From assembly GCA_041742395.1 (NCBI GenBank), contig JBGSIS010000010.1, positions 724 through 64,723 on the forward strand: a DNA stretch of 64,000 nucleotides, in the 5' to 3' direction. Origin of the DNA: Candidatus Saccharimonadales bacterium. Lineage in GTDB: Bacteria > Patescibacteriota > Saccharimonadia > Saccharimonadales > JACQNP01. The position numbers and the translations under genes were made by a program. Shown here one piece after another: positions 1 to 9,134 of the stretch. Under the pieces are notes generated by a model. It did not search any database, was not told the origin of the DNA, and worked only from the letters and a program-made list of their open reading frames with translations. The stretch's first letter is position 1; each line of letters opens with the position of its first letter.

Positions 1-24
1 TATATTTTATTACGAGCCTTAAGA

Positions 25-2118
25 GTGAATTCAGACGTAGGATTTATAATAGTATTATATTCTATCGGTTTGAGCATCATGATGCTGATAAGTATTGGTT
101 TGGCAATAGGATACGTTACGGACTTAACCAGTTTGAATATAGCGGTAATAACAAATATCTTTGTCGTGACTATGTGCTGGATAACAATAAAGCACGGCAA
201 TAGTAGACACTTAAATTTAAGAATATTACGAAGACAAAATTTTGATATTATGACGATTTTTCATATTGTTTTGCTTGTATTGATACCGTTATTCACAGTA
301 TTTGGCGCGATTCGATTAAATAACTACGGAAGCGAGCACATATCTTTGGTAGCGATACTTTTGATGATCATTAGTGCAATATCGGCATTGAGACTTAGTT
401 ATATAAAAAACAAAAATACTGCATGGGTATTTCCGGTGACTATATTTATTATTTCAATTTCGCTTTTATTTATGACATCGTTAAGAAGTAACTTAACACC
501 TGGTCATGACATAGTTCAGGAATTGAGAGTAGCAAATGCAACTATTATGGATAGCAAGTGGAGTCCAGGCAATTCTATCGAAGATGCTTACAATGCTTGT
601 CTAAGTATTTCTCTACTTCCAGGAATATTACATGTAGCTACAGGCGTTTCAACAATTCTAATATTTAAGGTAGTATTCCAGATTATATTCGCCGGAGCTG
701 TGGTCGGTATATATTATTTTCTGAAAAAATTTAATAAGAATAATTTGGCATTTCTTTCTACTATTCTATTTATCAGTATTCCGACGTTTTTTATTGATCT
801 ACCTATGATTAATAGACAAGAGATTGCGCTGTTCTATTTTATATTATTGCTAATTGCTCTCTTTGATAAAGGTCAAAGACTAATATTAAAAAATATACTT
901 GTCTTGAACTTTGCTATAGGGATAGTCATATCTCACTACTCAACTACGTATATTGCGGTGGCAACTCTATCACTAGCTTTTATAATCAGTAGGCTCTTTG
1001 TCATACTAAAAATATTCAAAAATACATCTATAGATAGATCATCGATAGTCAATCTTCCATTAATATGTATCATGCTCCTATTTTCTATATTGTGGTATGG
1101 ACAAATCACTCAATCAAATGAAAATATCCAAAAGTTTATAGGGTCTTCAGTTGTAAATATAAAATCAGCATTGAAAATTAGTGATAATAACGAAAATAGT
1201 TCTATTAGTGGATTTAATAATATAAGTTCGCCAGAAGCCTTCGATCTGTATAACGAAAGATTAATTACCAAAAGTCCACCTGATGCACTTATTAAAAATA
1301 AAGCTGTTGCACTAGTGGATAACAGCATAGGATTTCAGGCTGCACAATATCAGCCCATTAACGTTAACCAGGGATTAGTCAGTAATATTAGTAAAATAAT
1401 AAATGTCCAGATATTCATGATAAAAATTTTCATAGTAGTTGGTGTCATATATCTTTTTATTAGGAGTATAATTAAATCCGAAAATATAGATTTTCTAGCT
1501 TACGTTTTAGCGGCTTTCTTAATACTGGCTATAACTGTAATTTTCCCAGCACTTAATTCAAATTATGGTTCGACTAGAGTCTACCAGCAATCTTTGATTT
1601 TACTTGCGCTGCCCGCGGTAGTCGCTATGAACTATCTTTCGAGCTTAATTTTAAAGAAGAATAGCATCATCGGGCCAGCGCTGTTTGTATTGTTATACTT
1701 TTCTCTAATGACTGGGTTTATAACCCAGATTACGGGTGGTTTTCAAGCTCAGATTAACTTAAACAACACAGGTGTGTATTTTGATAAATACTATGCACAC
1801 AAATCGGAGCAAATTGCGGGATATTGGATATCAGGAGTTGACTATTCGGGAGATACGATTCGCGTTAATGCCGACCCATCTACCACAACTAGATTACAAA
1901 ATTATTCTACGCTTCCACTCTCATCTTTCGATAATGACTTAGCTCCACCACTTATAAACAAAAATTCGTACGTATTCTTCGGTTATACAAATAGTGTAAA
2001 AAATATTGCTCTTACGTACTATAAGGGTAAACTCTTAATATACTCTCTTCCTGTTGAGTTTTATGAAAATAATAAAAATTTTATCTATAGTAATGGCGAA
2101 TCTAGGTTCTATAAATGA
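25..2118 (+). CDS. Large polytopic membrane protein, putative GT-C-like glycosyltransferase/polymerase of a surface-glycan locus
   Basis: 697-aa ORF with many (>10) hydrophobic helices followed by a soluble C-terminal part. Its TGA stop overlaps the ATG of the next GT4 gene (ATGA at 2115-2118). Function is assigned from architecture and context only. Confidence 0.5.
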   Translation: MNSDVGFIIVLYSIGLSIMMLISIGLAIGYVTDLTSLNIAVITNIFVVTMCWITIKHGNSRHLNLRILRRQNFDIMTIFHIVLLVLIPLFTVFGAIRLNNYGSEHISLVAILLMIISAISALRLSYIKNKNTAWVFPVTIFIISISLLFMTSLRSNLTPGHDIVQELRVANATIMDSKWSPGNSIEDAYNACLSISLLPGILHVATGVSTILIFKVVFQIIFAGAVVGIYYFLKKFNKNNLAFLSTILFISIPTFFIDLPMINRQEIALFYFILLLIALFDKGQRLILKNILVLNFAIGIVISHYSTTYIAVATLSLAFIISRLFVILKIFKNTSIDRSSIVNLPLICIMLLFSILWYGQITQSNENIQKFIGSSVVNIKSALKISDNNENSSISGFNNISSPEAFDLYNERLITKSPPDALIKNKAVALVDNSIGFQAAQYQPINVNQGLVSNISKIINVQIFMIKIFIVVGVIYLFIRSIIKSENIDFLAYVLAAFLILAITVIFPALNSNYGSTRVYQQSLILLALPAVVAMNYLSSLILKKNSIIGPALFVLLYFSLMTGFITQITGGFQAQINLNNTGVYFDKYYAHKSEQIAGYWISGVDYSGDTIRVNADPSTTTRLQNYSTLPLSSFDNDLAPPLINKNSYVFFGYTNSVKNIALTYYKGKLLIYSLPVEFYENNKNFIYSNGESRFYK

Positions 2119-3386
2119 GTAGAATAGTATTATTTTCGGATTTCTTCCCCCCCCATATACGGGGGGGAGCAGAAGTAAGTACAAGTTTACTCGCCAAGGA
2201 GCTTGTTAAATATCATCATGTTGAGGTGGTTACTTCTAAACTAAGTAGTTCAGACTGGAAATGGAATAGTATCACCATTCACCCTATACTTTCAAGGAAT
2301 GAAATTAAAAACAAAAATGCGTTTAGTCTATTGAAATATGCGATTGGTATCATTGTGCTACCAATATTAAATACTTACCGAATACATAAATTCTTAAAAT
2401 ATAATAAATTTGATGTTATTAATTTTGTTCCAACTTCTTATGTTAGCTTTCCAATGATTATTTTAGTGATCATTTTTAGTCGAAAAATTAGGATAGTAAT
2501 TGATGCTCGGGACTATACGTTAATATGCATATCTGATTTTAACAATAATAGTACGTGTAAGTTTGAACACAGACATAAATGTACGAGTCACATTAATTCT
2601 TTATATCAAAATGATAATCGTTTAATCGGACTACTACAACCCCTAATGGGACTTTACGAGGTTACAATATTCAATATATATAAAATCACACTTAGATTCA
2701 TCATTAATAATGATAGCAAGGTGCGTGTTGTAGCTCTATCGGAGTATGTAAAAAAACAACTTACAAATAATGGCTATAACAAAAATAAAATTGAAGTAAT
2801 TAATAATATTGCTGAAACTAATGATGAAAACAAACGCGACCAAAGACAGGCTTTGAGTTATGATTTCATATATGCAGGCAGACTCGAAAAGCCAAAAGGC
2901 ATATGGGATGCTATCCATGCTTTCGAACAATTAAATATGCCAAATATCAATTTTGCGATAGCTGGTGATGGTGCTGAGTATAATTTAATAAAAAAATATA
3001 TAAAACAGAACAATTTAGATAATATTATTCTTCTCGGTAAACTTCCTCCAGAAAATATAATTGATCTTTATAAAAAATCAAAATTTGTATTAGCCCCAGT
3101 AAAAAGACCAGAGCCCTTTGGTAGATTTATACAAGAAGCGTCTATAGCGCAAACACCTATAATTGCTCCAAACATTGGCGGTATTCCCGAAGCTTTATCT
3201 GATGGCATATCAGGATTTTTATATGATCCAACTCTATCTAAAGGTTTGCTAAAAACGCTTTCAAAAGCATCTAATATCGATGGATTAGAGTTAAGTAAGA
3301 TGCAGAATAAAATCGGTAAATTATCCGTTAAATATTCCCCTTCTTTTATATATGAAAAAAGAATCAAAACATACTTTGATATTTAA
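2115..3386 (+). CDS. Glycosyltransferase, GT4 (GT-B fold) family
   Basis: 423 aa. N-terminus FSDFFPPHIRGGAEV (typical GT4 PP..GG.E start). C-terminal EPFGRFIQEA...GGIPE nucleotide-sugar pocket-like motif. Contains the C8/G7 tracts at 2147-2167. Confidence 0.85.
   Translation: MSRIVLFSDFFPPHIRGGAEVSTSLLAKELVKYHHVEVVTSKLSSSDWKWNSITIHPILSRNEIKNKNAFSLLKYAIGIIVLPILNTYRIHKFLKYNKFDVINFVPTSYVSFPMIILVIIFSRKIRIVIDARDYTLICISDFNNNSTCKFEHRHKCTSHINSLYQNDNRLIGLLQPLMGLYEVTIFNIYKITLRFIINNDSKVRVVALSEYVKKQLTNNGYNKNKIEVINNIAETNDENKRDQRQALSYDFIYAGRLEKPKGIWDAIHAFEQLNMPNINFAIAGDGAEYNLIKKYIKQNNLDNIILLGKLPPENIIDLYKKSKFVLAPVKRPEPFGRFIQEASIAQTPIIAPNIGGIPEALSDGISGFLYDPTLSKGLLKTLSKASNIDGLELSKMQNKIGKLSVKYSPSFIYEKRIKTYFDI
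2147..2167 (+). repeat. Homopolymer pair C8 (2147-2154) - ATATAC - G7 (2161-2167), mutually complementary
   Basis: Read directly: TTC CCC CCC CAT ATA CGG GGG GGA encodes F-P-P-H-I-R-G-G at codons 11-18 of the GT4 gene. Confidence 0.95.
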
Positions 3387-3417
3387 AGAATACCCAATTG
3401 TATTTGATACTCGAGAC

Positions 3418-4605
3418 TTATAGAGAATTAACAACAGAAGATAATTCATCTATCGTTTTGATGAGACTAAACTCTTTTTCAATAAATATTCTAGCGTTTT
3501 TTCCGTATTGTTTTCTAATCATAGGATTCTCGAATAAATATAACATAGCACTTTTTAATTGTTCTATATTACGCTCTTCCACCAAAATTCCTGTCTTGCC
3601 ATCAATCAAGCCTTCACTAATCCCACTATGTCTCGTTGAGATTATGGCTAATTCCAACGAAGACGCTTCTAGTAACACGACGGGGAGTCCTTCCATGTCT
3701 CCATTTTCAGCAGTAACACTAGGAACAACAAAAACAGTTGCTTCTCTCATTAGTTTAACTACTTCGGCAGTATCTAGGCCCCCGAGCAGTTTAATTTGGT
3801 CAGCAACACCTAAACTGTGTATAAGATTGGACAGTCTAGAATATAATGGACCACTACCGATAATATTATAATTTATAGATTTATCTCCTGAAAAACATTC
3901 CGCAAATGCTCTTATGGAATACTCGAAACCTTTTTTTTCTACCAACCTACCGACAGACAGATAACGTATACTATTAATTGGGTCTTTTACTGGTAGAAAA
4001 TAATCTGTATTTACACCCATTCGTAACACTATAATTTTATCTGATGGACAGCTTAGGCTAATTAATTTATTCTTCCAGAAATTTGATATGCATAGAATTT
4101 TATTTGACATTCTAAAGACATCTTCATATACATTACGAGGTTCTGATTTAAGAAATGCGGACATATCATGTCCATGAAATACTGATATGAGTTTAAACTG
4201 TTTCCCGAATCTTTTCATAGCCGCTGCCTTAATTGCGACCGGTCCGAAATTACAAATTAAAGTATCATTTTTATCTATTTTCAGATCCATCAAATAGGGT
4301 ATTTGAGTTAATAAATATAGATGGTACTTACTATTGAATTTGTAGCCAAACAATCTATTTACTTTTTTTAAATAGAATAATGAACATCTAGATAATGTCT
4401 TAAGGTTTTTTTTGGGGACTGGAGCCAATATAGTTTTTTTCTGAAGCTCTTTATTTTTGAAAATTGGTTGGGTTTGACCTTCGATATTCAGAGCTGTTGC
4501 AATAATATATACATCGTAGCCAAGATCGATTAGCCCAGATATTTGTTGTAAAATGAAAGTTTCAGATAATTTAGGAAAGTCTTCCGTTAAGAAATAAACT
4601 CTCAT
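3418..4605 (-). CDS. Glycosyltransferase, GT4 family (WcaL-like)
   Basis: 395 aa. Starts MRVYFLTEDFPKLSETF as in WcaL-type GT4 enzymes. C-terminal VPSVTAENGDMEGLPVVLLEA...TRHSGISE motif. Confidence 0.85.
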   Translation of the reverse strand: MRVYFLTEDFPKLSETFILQQISGLIDLGYDVYIIATALNIEGQTQPIFKNKELQKKTILAPVPKKNLKTLSRCSLFYLKKVNRLFGYKFNSKYHLYLLTQIPYLMDLKIDKNDTLICNFGPVAIKAAAMKRFGKQFKLISVFHGHDMSAFLKSEPRNVYEDVFRMSNKILCISNFWKNKLISLSCPSDKIIVLRMGVNTDYFLPVKDPINSIRYLSVGRLVEKKGFEYSIRAFAECFSGDKSINYNIIGSGPLYSRLSNLIHSLGVADQIKLLGGLDTAEVVKLMREATVFVVPSVTAENGDMEGLPVVLLEASSLELAIISTRHSGISEGLIDGKTGILVEERNIEQLKSAMLYLFENPMIRKQYGKNARIFIEKEFSLIKTIDELSSVVNSL

Positions 4606-5876
4606 TTTAATACCTTTTGGTGTAAATATTTAAAGTAAAATATAACTGCAATTCCTGCTCCAAGACTTTGACCAGATAACCAACCCAATGCAAGACTGGT
4701 GGGTTTGCCGTCATTCATAATATACACAAAAGACATTACTGCACCAAGAATAATAAAGTTCATTACCACCATTGCTTCTATGAGTTTTACGATATTCAGC
4801 ATCGTTCCAACTGTACTAATTATTGCGATAGGGATAGAAGATACAGCAAGTATAAGCATAGGAATGTATGACGTTTCCGAATATATTGAACCAAAAACAC
4901 TTAATATTGGTCGTCCTATAATTATTAATAATAATATGCTTGTAGTTAGTAGTGCTGTTATGAGTTTCAAAGATTTTGATTGGTGTTGTCTAATTTCTGT
5001 AATATTATGTGAACCTTCAGCAAAAAGCGATTTGTTTATTGATGACGGTATCATAAAAATGATTGAAGCAACTGAAAGCGCAATAAAGAAAAACGCTGAT
5101 TGAGTTGAACCAATCAAGCTAAATGCTACCAATGGGATAAACATGTTTGCCCCACTCGATGCAATGCCGGAAATATAGTTTCCAAATGAGTATTTACTAA
5201 CTCTTTTTAAAGACGTAAAATCAGGTTTTGCGAAGACTGATATATTATTTAACTTGAAGCCAGCAGTAGTTACTAATAAAGCTGCGATGTAACTACATGC
5301 GTAAACGAATATTATGGTGACAAAGTTGGAACTACTTAATGTGAATGGTAGTATGATCTTCGTAAGACCCATTAAGACGCTTTCAATAAGTATCCAGAAT
5401 GCGACCCTTTTCGCTATGAATACATTATCAGTAAATGCATTAACTGCAACAATATAAACTAAAACTACAAACGAAATAGCCCAAGCTGGGTTTGTCAGAG
5501 TATTTTTGAGATCTGGGGCGAAAAATTCAATACTATTTATAAAAATTGCACTTGTTAGGATTGTAGCCAACAGCACGGCTATGAGTGTCGCACTCATAAA
5601 TCGATTAGGACTTTTTAATTCTTTATAATAACGTATCACTGAATTATTTAGACCTAGTAGACTTAAGCTTGCAAGCAAAATAACGGAAGATATTAGAGCT
5701 GTAGCTGTACCAATTTGGTCGGGGCTAAACAATCTTGTATTAATTGCCCAAAATAAGAATCCCGCTGCCGATGCTATTAACATATTTAACAGGATATAAA
5801 TAGAATTTCTGTACAAACTATCATGCATAAAATGCCGATACATATTCATTGGTAATTGTTTATAGTCTTTTAGCAT
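4602..5876 (-). CDS. Polysaccharide/oligosaccharide flippase (MOP/Wzx-like)
   Basis: 424 aa, roughly 12 predicted TM helices with short loops. 4-nt overlap with the downstream GT4 gene. Confidence 0.7.
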   Translation of the reverse strand: MLKDYKQLPMNMYRHFMHDSLYRNSIYILLNMLIASAAGFLFWAINTRLFSPDQIGTATALISSVILLASLSLLGLNNSVIRYYKELKSPNRFMSATLIAVLLATILTSAIFINSIEFFAPDLKNTLTNPAWAISFVVLVYIVAVNAFTDNVFIAKRVAFWILIESVLMGLTKIILPFTLSSSNFVTIIFVYACSYIAALLVTTAGFKLNNISVFAKPDFTSLKRVSKYSFGNYISGIASSGANMFIPLVAFSLIGSTQSAFFFIALSVASIIFMIPSSINKSLFAEGSHNITEIRQHQSKSLKLITALLTTSILLLIIIGRPILSVFGSIYSETSYIPMLILAVSSIPIAIISTVGTMLNIVKLIEAMVVMNFIILGAVMSFVYIMNDGKPTSLALGWLSGQSLGAGIAVIFYFKYLHQKVLK

Positions 5877-5992
5877 ATTGTTATTAGCTTGCTTATTACA
5901 TCACAAAGTATTAAATTCACCCATGAAACGAATACAATAGTACAAGTGTTTAATCTTAGTATTATTATACTATCAAAATTACCCCTGTACAA

Positions 5993-7021
5993 TTGCTTAA
6001 GGTTACTGTTATTTACTGTATACCAAGTATAATTGATACTGTGAGCAATAAATCAAAAACTTTTATTCGCAGACTATTGGAGGTCTTTCTTTTTTTTATT
6101 TTGATATTCTATATAATTTACGCCTCTGCCCTGTTTGTACAATTACGACTATTTAAAATACTTATCAGCCCTACACCACAAGTTCTAATTATTAGCAGTT
6201 TAGTACTTATATTAATATCATTAATTTGGGCATTGATAGCCAAGAAACAAGGATTAATAAAAAAGTCTAGACTAGTGCCAGTTGTTATAATCGCTAGTCT
6301 TTTTGTTTCTTTGTTCTGCTTTATATTTACACTTACTATTCAATCAACTGCTCAAATTAGTGAAAGTGATGAAGTTATTAAGATCACATCTTATAACCGT
6401 CTTTATGAAACTGAAGATAATGATACTCCGGCTGCTTATATGAAAACCATTGATAGTGATATTATTAGCCTCCAAGAAGCGAGTACGCCAGATTATACGA
6501 AAACATTTGCTGAGAAAGTTGGTCATCAATATTATATACAAGCTCCAGATAACGATACTGGTCTAGTGAGCCGCTGGCCTATAACTGAGACAGAGGTACT
6601 TCAAAACGGTAGTAAACAAGTAATACGAGCGGAGATAGCAACTGATCAAGGTAATATAGCTGTCTACGCGGTTCATATAACTCCACCATTTACAGAAAGC
6701 ATGTACCGTGAAGGTTTAGTCGAATTAAAACAGCTAAGTGAATGGATTGCTGAAGACGAACTACCGGTTATTGTTGGTGGAGATTTGAATACTACAATCT
6801 ATTCACCTGAGATGCGAACTTTTACTAGTAGCCTAGCAAGTAAAATAAAACCAACTACTGAGCAGCGATGGCCACAGTGTAGCTGGTATGGACATGGTAG
6901 ACTGCAGTGCCTACGTATAGATTTTGTATTTATTCCTACGTCCAGTTTATTCGCAGATAGTGAAATATCTCCAGATTTAGGTTCGGATCACCGTGCTATT
7001 ACTGTTCAGTTTTCTCTTTAG
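5993..7021 (+). CDS. Membrane-anchored endonuclease/exonuclease/phosphatase (EEP) family protein
   Basis: 342 aa. N-terminal TM helices, then an EEP-like domain ending in GSDHRAITVQFSL (family-typical SDH motif). TTG start from the track; a downstream GTG (about 6043) is an alternative start. Confidence 0.7.
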   Translation: MLKVTVIYCIPSIIDTVSNKSKTFIRRLLEVFLFFILIFYIIYASALFVQLRLFKILISPTPQVLIISSLVLILISLIWALIAKKQGLIKKSRLVPVVIIASLFVSLFCFIFTLTIQSTAQISESDEVIKITSYNRLYETEDNDTPAAYMKTIDSDIISLQEASTPDYTKTFAEKVGHQYYIQAPDNDTGLVSRWPITETEVLQNGSKQVIRAEIATDQGNIAVYAVHITPPFTESMYREGLVELKQLSEWIAEDELPVIVGGDLNTTIYSPEMRTFTSSLASKIKPTTEQRWPQCSWYGHGRLQCLRIDFVFIPTSSLFADSEISPDLGSDHRAITVQFSL

Positions 7022-7958
7022 TCTTAGCGGTTTTTTTCGTTGGCGGAATTAACAGGTGCTTGTACATAATGAGCCAGAATGCTCCTGCATAAGCCATGAA
7101 GAATAGCATTCCCGCATAGGAGTGGAATAAACTAAATGCTAGTTCAATATTTATATGGTAGCCTGCAAGTATTAGTATGAATACTCTTAGGATATTTAGA
7201 AGAAACAGTATGAATAGGGCAACTGGGAAGACTAAAAAGAATCGTTTCTTGTTAAGCTTTTGCCAGTCTAAGATACCGACAATTGCATACAGTCCACTGA
7301 ATAGAGCTATGGATTCAATACCTGAGCAGTACTTCTCTACTGTCACTCCGAACTTATCTAGTATTATTGTAAGTTCCGGAACTATGGTTACTGTTAGTCC
7401 GGTTAAATCCAGTAGCCAGGCTACGGAATACAAAACTATAAATGCCAAGTATTTCCACAGACCATATACAACCAGTAGGAATAAGTAGAAAATCGCTGCT
7501 ATAACGAGAGATTGTACGATTTCTGTACGAAATTCAGTTATTAACTTCTTAATATTGTTAAATCCAAATACCGCAAGGGCTGCAAATACAATGCTTAGTA
7601 ACATCAACGCATGAGTAAGTATAATATTTGGTAATGTATTGTTGCCTTCAATGAGCTGACTGACCATTAACCAAGCGCTATGCGTTAATACCAGACTAAG
7701 TGCTAACCATCCTATTAAACGTCTGTCCCACTTCTCTAATTTAACATTGGTAATTTTGTTCCTTACAAGTAAAGCAAATGCTACTAAAGCGAACGCAAGG
7801 GCCTTACCTGCTCCGCCGTAAATAGCAAATCCATCACGATACAATATACCGTTAGATATTATTTTCGGGCCAATGATTCCGGTTATGAAAATACAAAGCA
7901 ATAAAAAAGCCACCAAACGAACCAATAAAGGCGGAATGGCGGCAATTTTTATTTTCAT
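6999..7958 (-). CDS. Exosortase/archaeosortase-family transmembrane transpeptidase
   Basis: 319 aa, about 8 TM helices. Contains EKYCSGIESIALF (Cys211, TGC codon on the minus strand at 7326-7328), then LLNILRVFILILAGYH (N..R motif plus His), i.e. the Cys/Arg/His signature of the EpsH/ArtA family. Adjacent to two genes with a matching C-terminal sorting signal. Confidence 0.75.
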   Translation of the reverse strand: MKIKIAAIPPLLVRLVAFLLLCIFITGIIGPKIISNGILYRDGFAIYGGAGKALAFALVAFALLVRNKITNVKLEKWDRRLIGWLALSLVLTHSAWLMVSQLIEGNNTLPNIILTHALMLLSIVFAALAVFGFNNIKKLITEFRTEIVQSLVIAAIFYLFLLVVYGLWKYLAFIVLYSVAWLLDLTGLTVTIVPELTIILDKFGVTVEKYCSGIESIALFSGLYAIVGILDWQKLNKKRFFLVFPVALFILFLLNILRVFILILAGYHINIELAFSLFHSYAGMLFFMAYAGAFWLIMYKHLLIPPTKKTAKTKEKTEQ

Positions 7959-7972
7959 TTGATCGAGAACTT

Positions 7973-8440
7973 CTAGCTTTGCATTTGACGTCGTCGTGAG
8001 TAAACTATTGCTCCACCTGCTACGGTTAGTGAGCTAATAGCGGCAATTGTACCAATTTCTGGAACTGCTACATCGATTACTGCAACGTTAAGCTTGGTAG
8101 TTATCTTAGAAGCATTACCAGTACTTGTACCACTCATACTATCTTTTACTGCAGATACAGTTATTTGTGATCCAAGCGGACAGTTTGAAGCTAGGAAGCT
8201 AACTAAATAAGAACCGTCTGTGTCTGAAGCAGTAGATTGAGTGTTGCTGTTACAAACAACTGAAACGCTTGCACCTGATACAGGAGTAGTGTTTTCGGTT
8301 ATATATCCGGTTACTTCAGTTCTGGCCGGATTTGGTACTGATTGTGCCGATGTTATCATCGGTATGGCTAGAATACTTAGCGCAAAAGCAAGTACTCCAG
8401 CTATTATAAGGCTTTTGAAATTACGAACAATGGTATACAT
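7973..8440 (-). CDS. Secreted CarboxypepD_reg-like protein with VPEIG-TM-RRR C-terminal sorting signal (putative exosortase cargo 1)
   Basis: 155 aa. N-terminal signal peptide ending ITSAQS. Body GASVSVVCNSNTQSTASDTDGSYLV. C-terminus AVPEIGTIAAISSLTVAGGAIVYSRRRQMQS (nt 7976-8065). SD AAAGGAG upstream. Confidence 0.7.
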   Translation of the reverse strand: MYTIVRNFKSLIIAGVLAFALSILAIPMITSAQSVPNPARTEVTGYITENTTPVSGASVSVVCNSNTQSTASDTDGSYLVSFLASNCPLGSQITVSAVKDSMSGTSTGNASKITTKLNVAVIDVAVPEIGTIAAISSLTVAGGAIVYSRRRQMQS

Positions 8441-8562
8441 ACTGAAACTCCTTTATTAAGCAACTCTTATTACTGATAGTACACCCATAGGTAAATATAT
8501 ACAACTTAGTAACTTGTATATTTAGAGTTTTGTGGTAAATATTACTTTTCTGGTATTTAGCT

Positions 8563-9039
8563 TTATGCTAAAGGAGAGTTCTGTAATGATTTTCGACGTA
8601 CGTAAACAATCGCTGCACCAGCAATTCCGACTGCTGCGATAGATGCAATTGTACCAATTTCAGGAACTGCCACATTAACAACTGCTACATTGAGTTTGGT
8701 GGTTACTTCATCTGCTGTTCCAGTACTTGTTCCACTCTTACCGTCTTTTGTTGAAGCTGTTACGCTAACTGATGATCCTTTAGGACATTTCTTGTCTTTG
8801 TATTCAACCCTGTATGTTCCAGAGTTGTTAGTTTTATCTGACTTGGACTTACCATTACAAACTACAGTAACTTTTGCATTTTTTATTGGGGTTCCGTTTT
8901 CTGAGATTACTCCAGTAACTTGTGTTTCACCTTTAGATTTTGCTGATACTGAAGCAGTAGGTATAGCAAGCAAGATAAATGCAATAACCATTAAAGCGAT
9001 AAGTAGTATTTTCTTAGTGTTTAGAACTTTAATTGTCAT
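8563..9039 (-). CDS. Secreted CarboxypepD_reg-like protein with VPEIG-TM-RRK C-terminal sorting signal (putative exosortase cargo 2, paralogue)
   Basis: 158 aa. Same architecture as 7973-8440. C-terminus AVPEIGTIASIAAVGIAGAAIVYVRRKSLQNSPLA (nt 8566-8667). The DNA of the signal is also conserved (gcaattgtaccaatttc[t/a]ggaactgc in both genes). Confidence 0.7.
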   Translation of the reverse strand: MTIKVLNTKKILLIALMVIAFILLAIPTASVSAKSKGETQVTGVISENGTPIKNAKVTVVCNGKSKSDKTNNSGTYRVEYKDKKCPKGSSVSVTASTKDGKSGTSTGTADEVTTKLNVAVVNVAVPEIGTIASIAAVGIAGAAIVYVRRKSLQNSPLA

Positions 9040-9134
9040 GTTGTGCTTTCCTTATTATGAAGTATTTATGATTGTTAGTATTATAATAAACTAACTTTAC
9101 TTTTTAAGCAATTTTATACTAAATTTAAATGTTT

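Noticed and set aside
8497-8521. Inverted repeat ATATACAA-9 nt-TTGTATAT between the two sorted-cargo genes, as a possible terminator or operator.
   Set aside because: The stem is 8 bp of A/T pairs only with a 9-nt loop and no clear T-run on the coding strand. Such a structure is expected by chance in AT-rich intergenic DNA.
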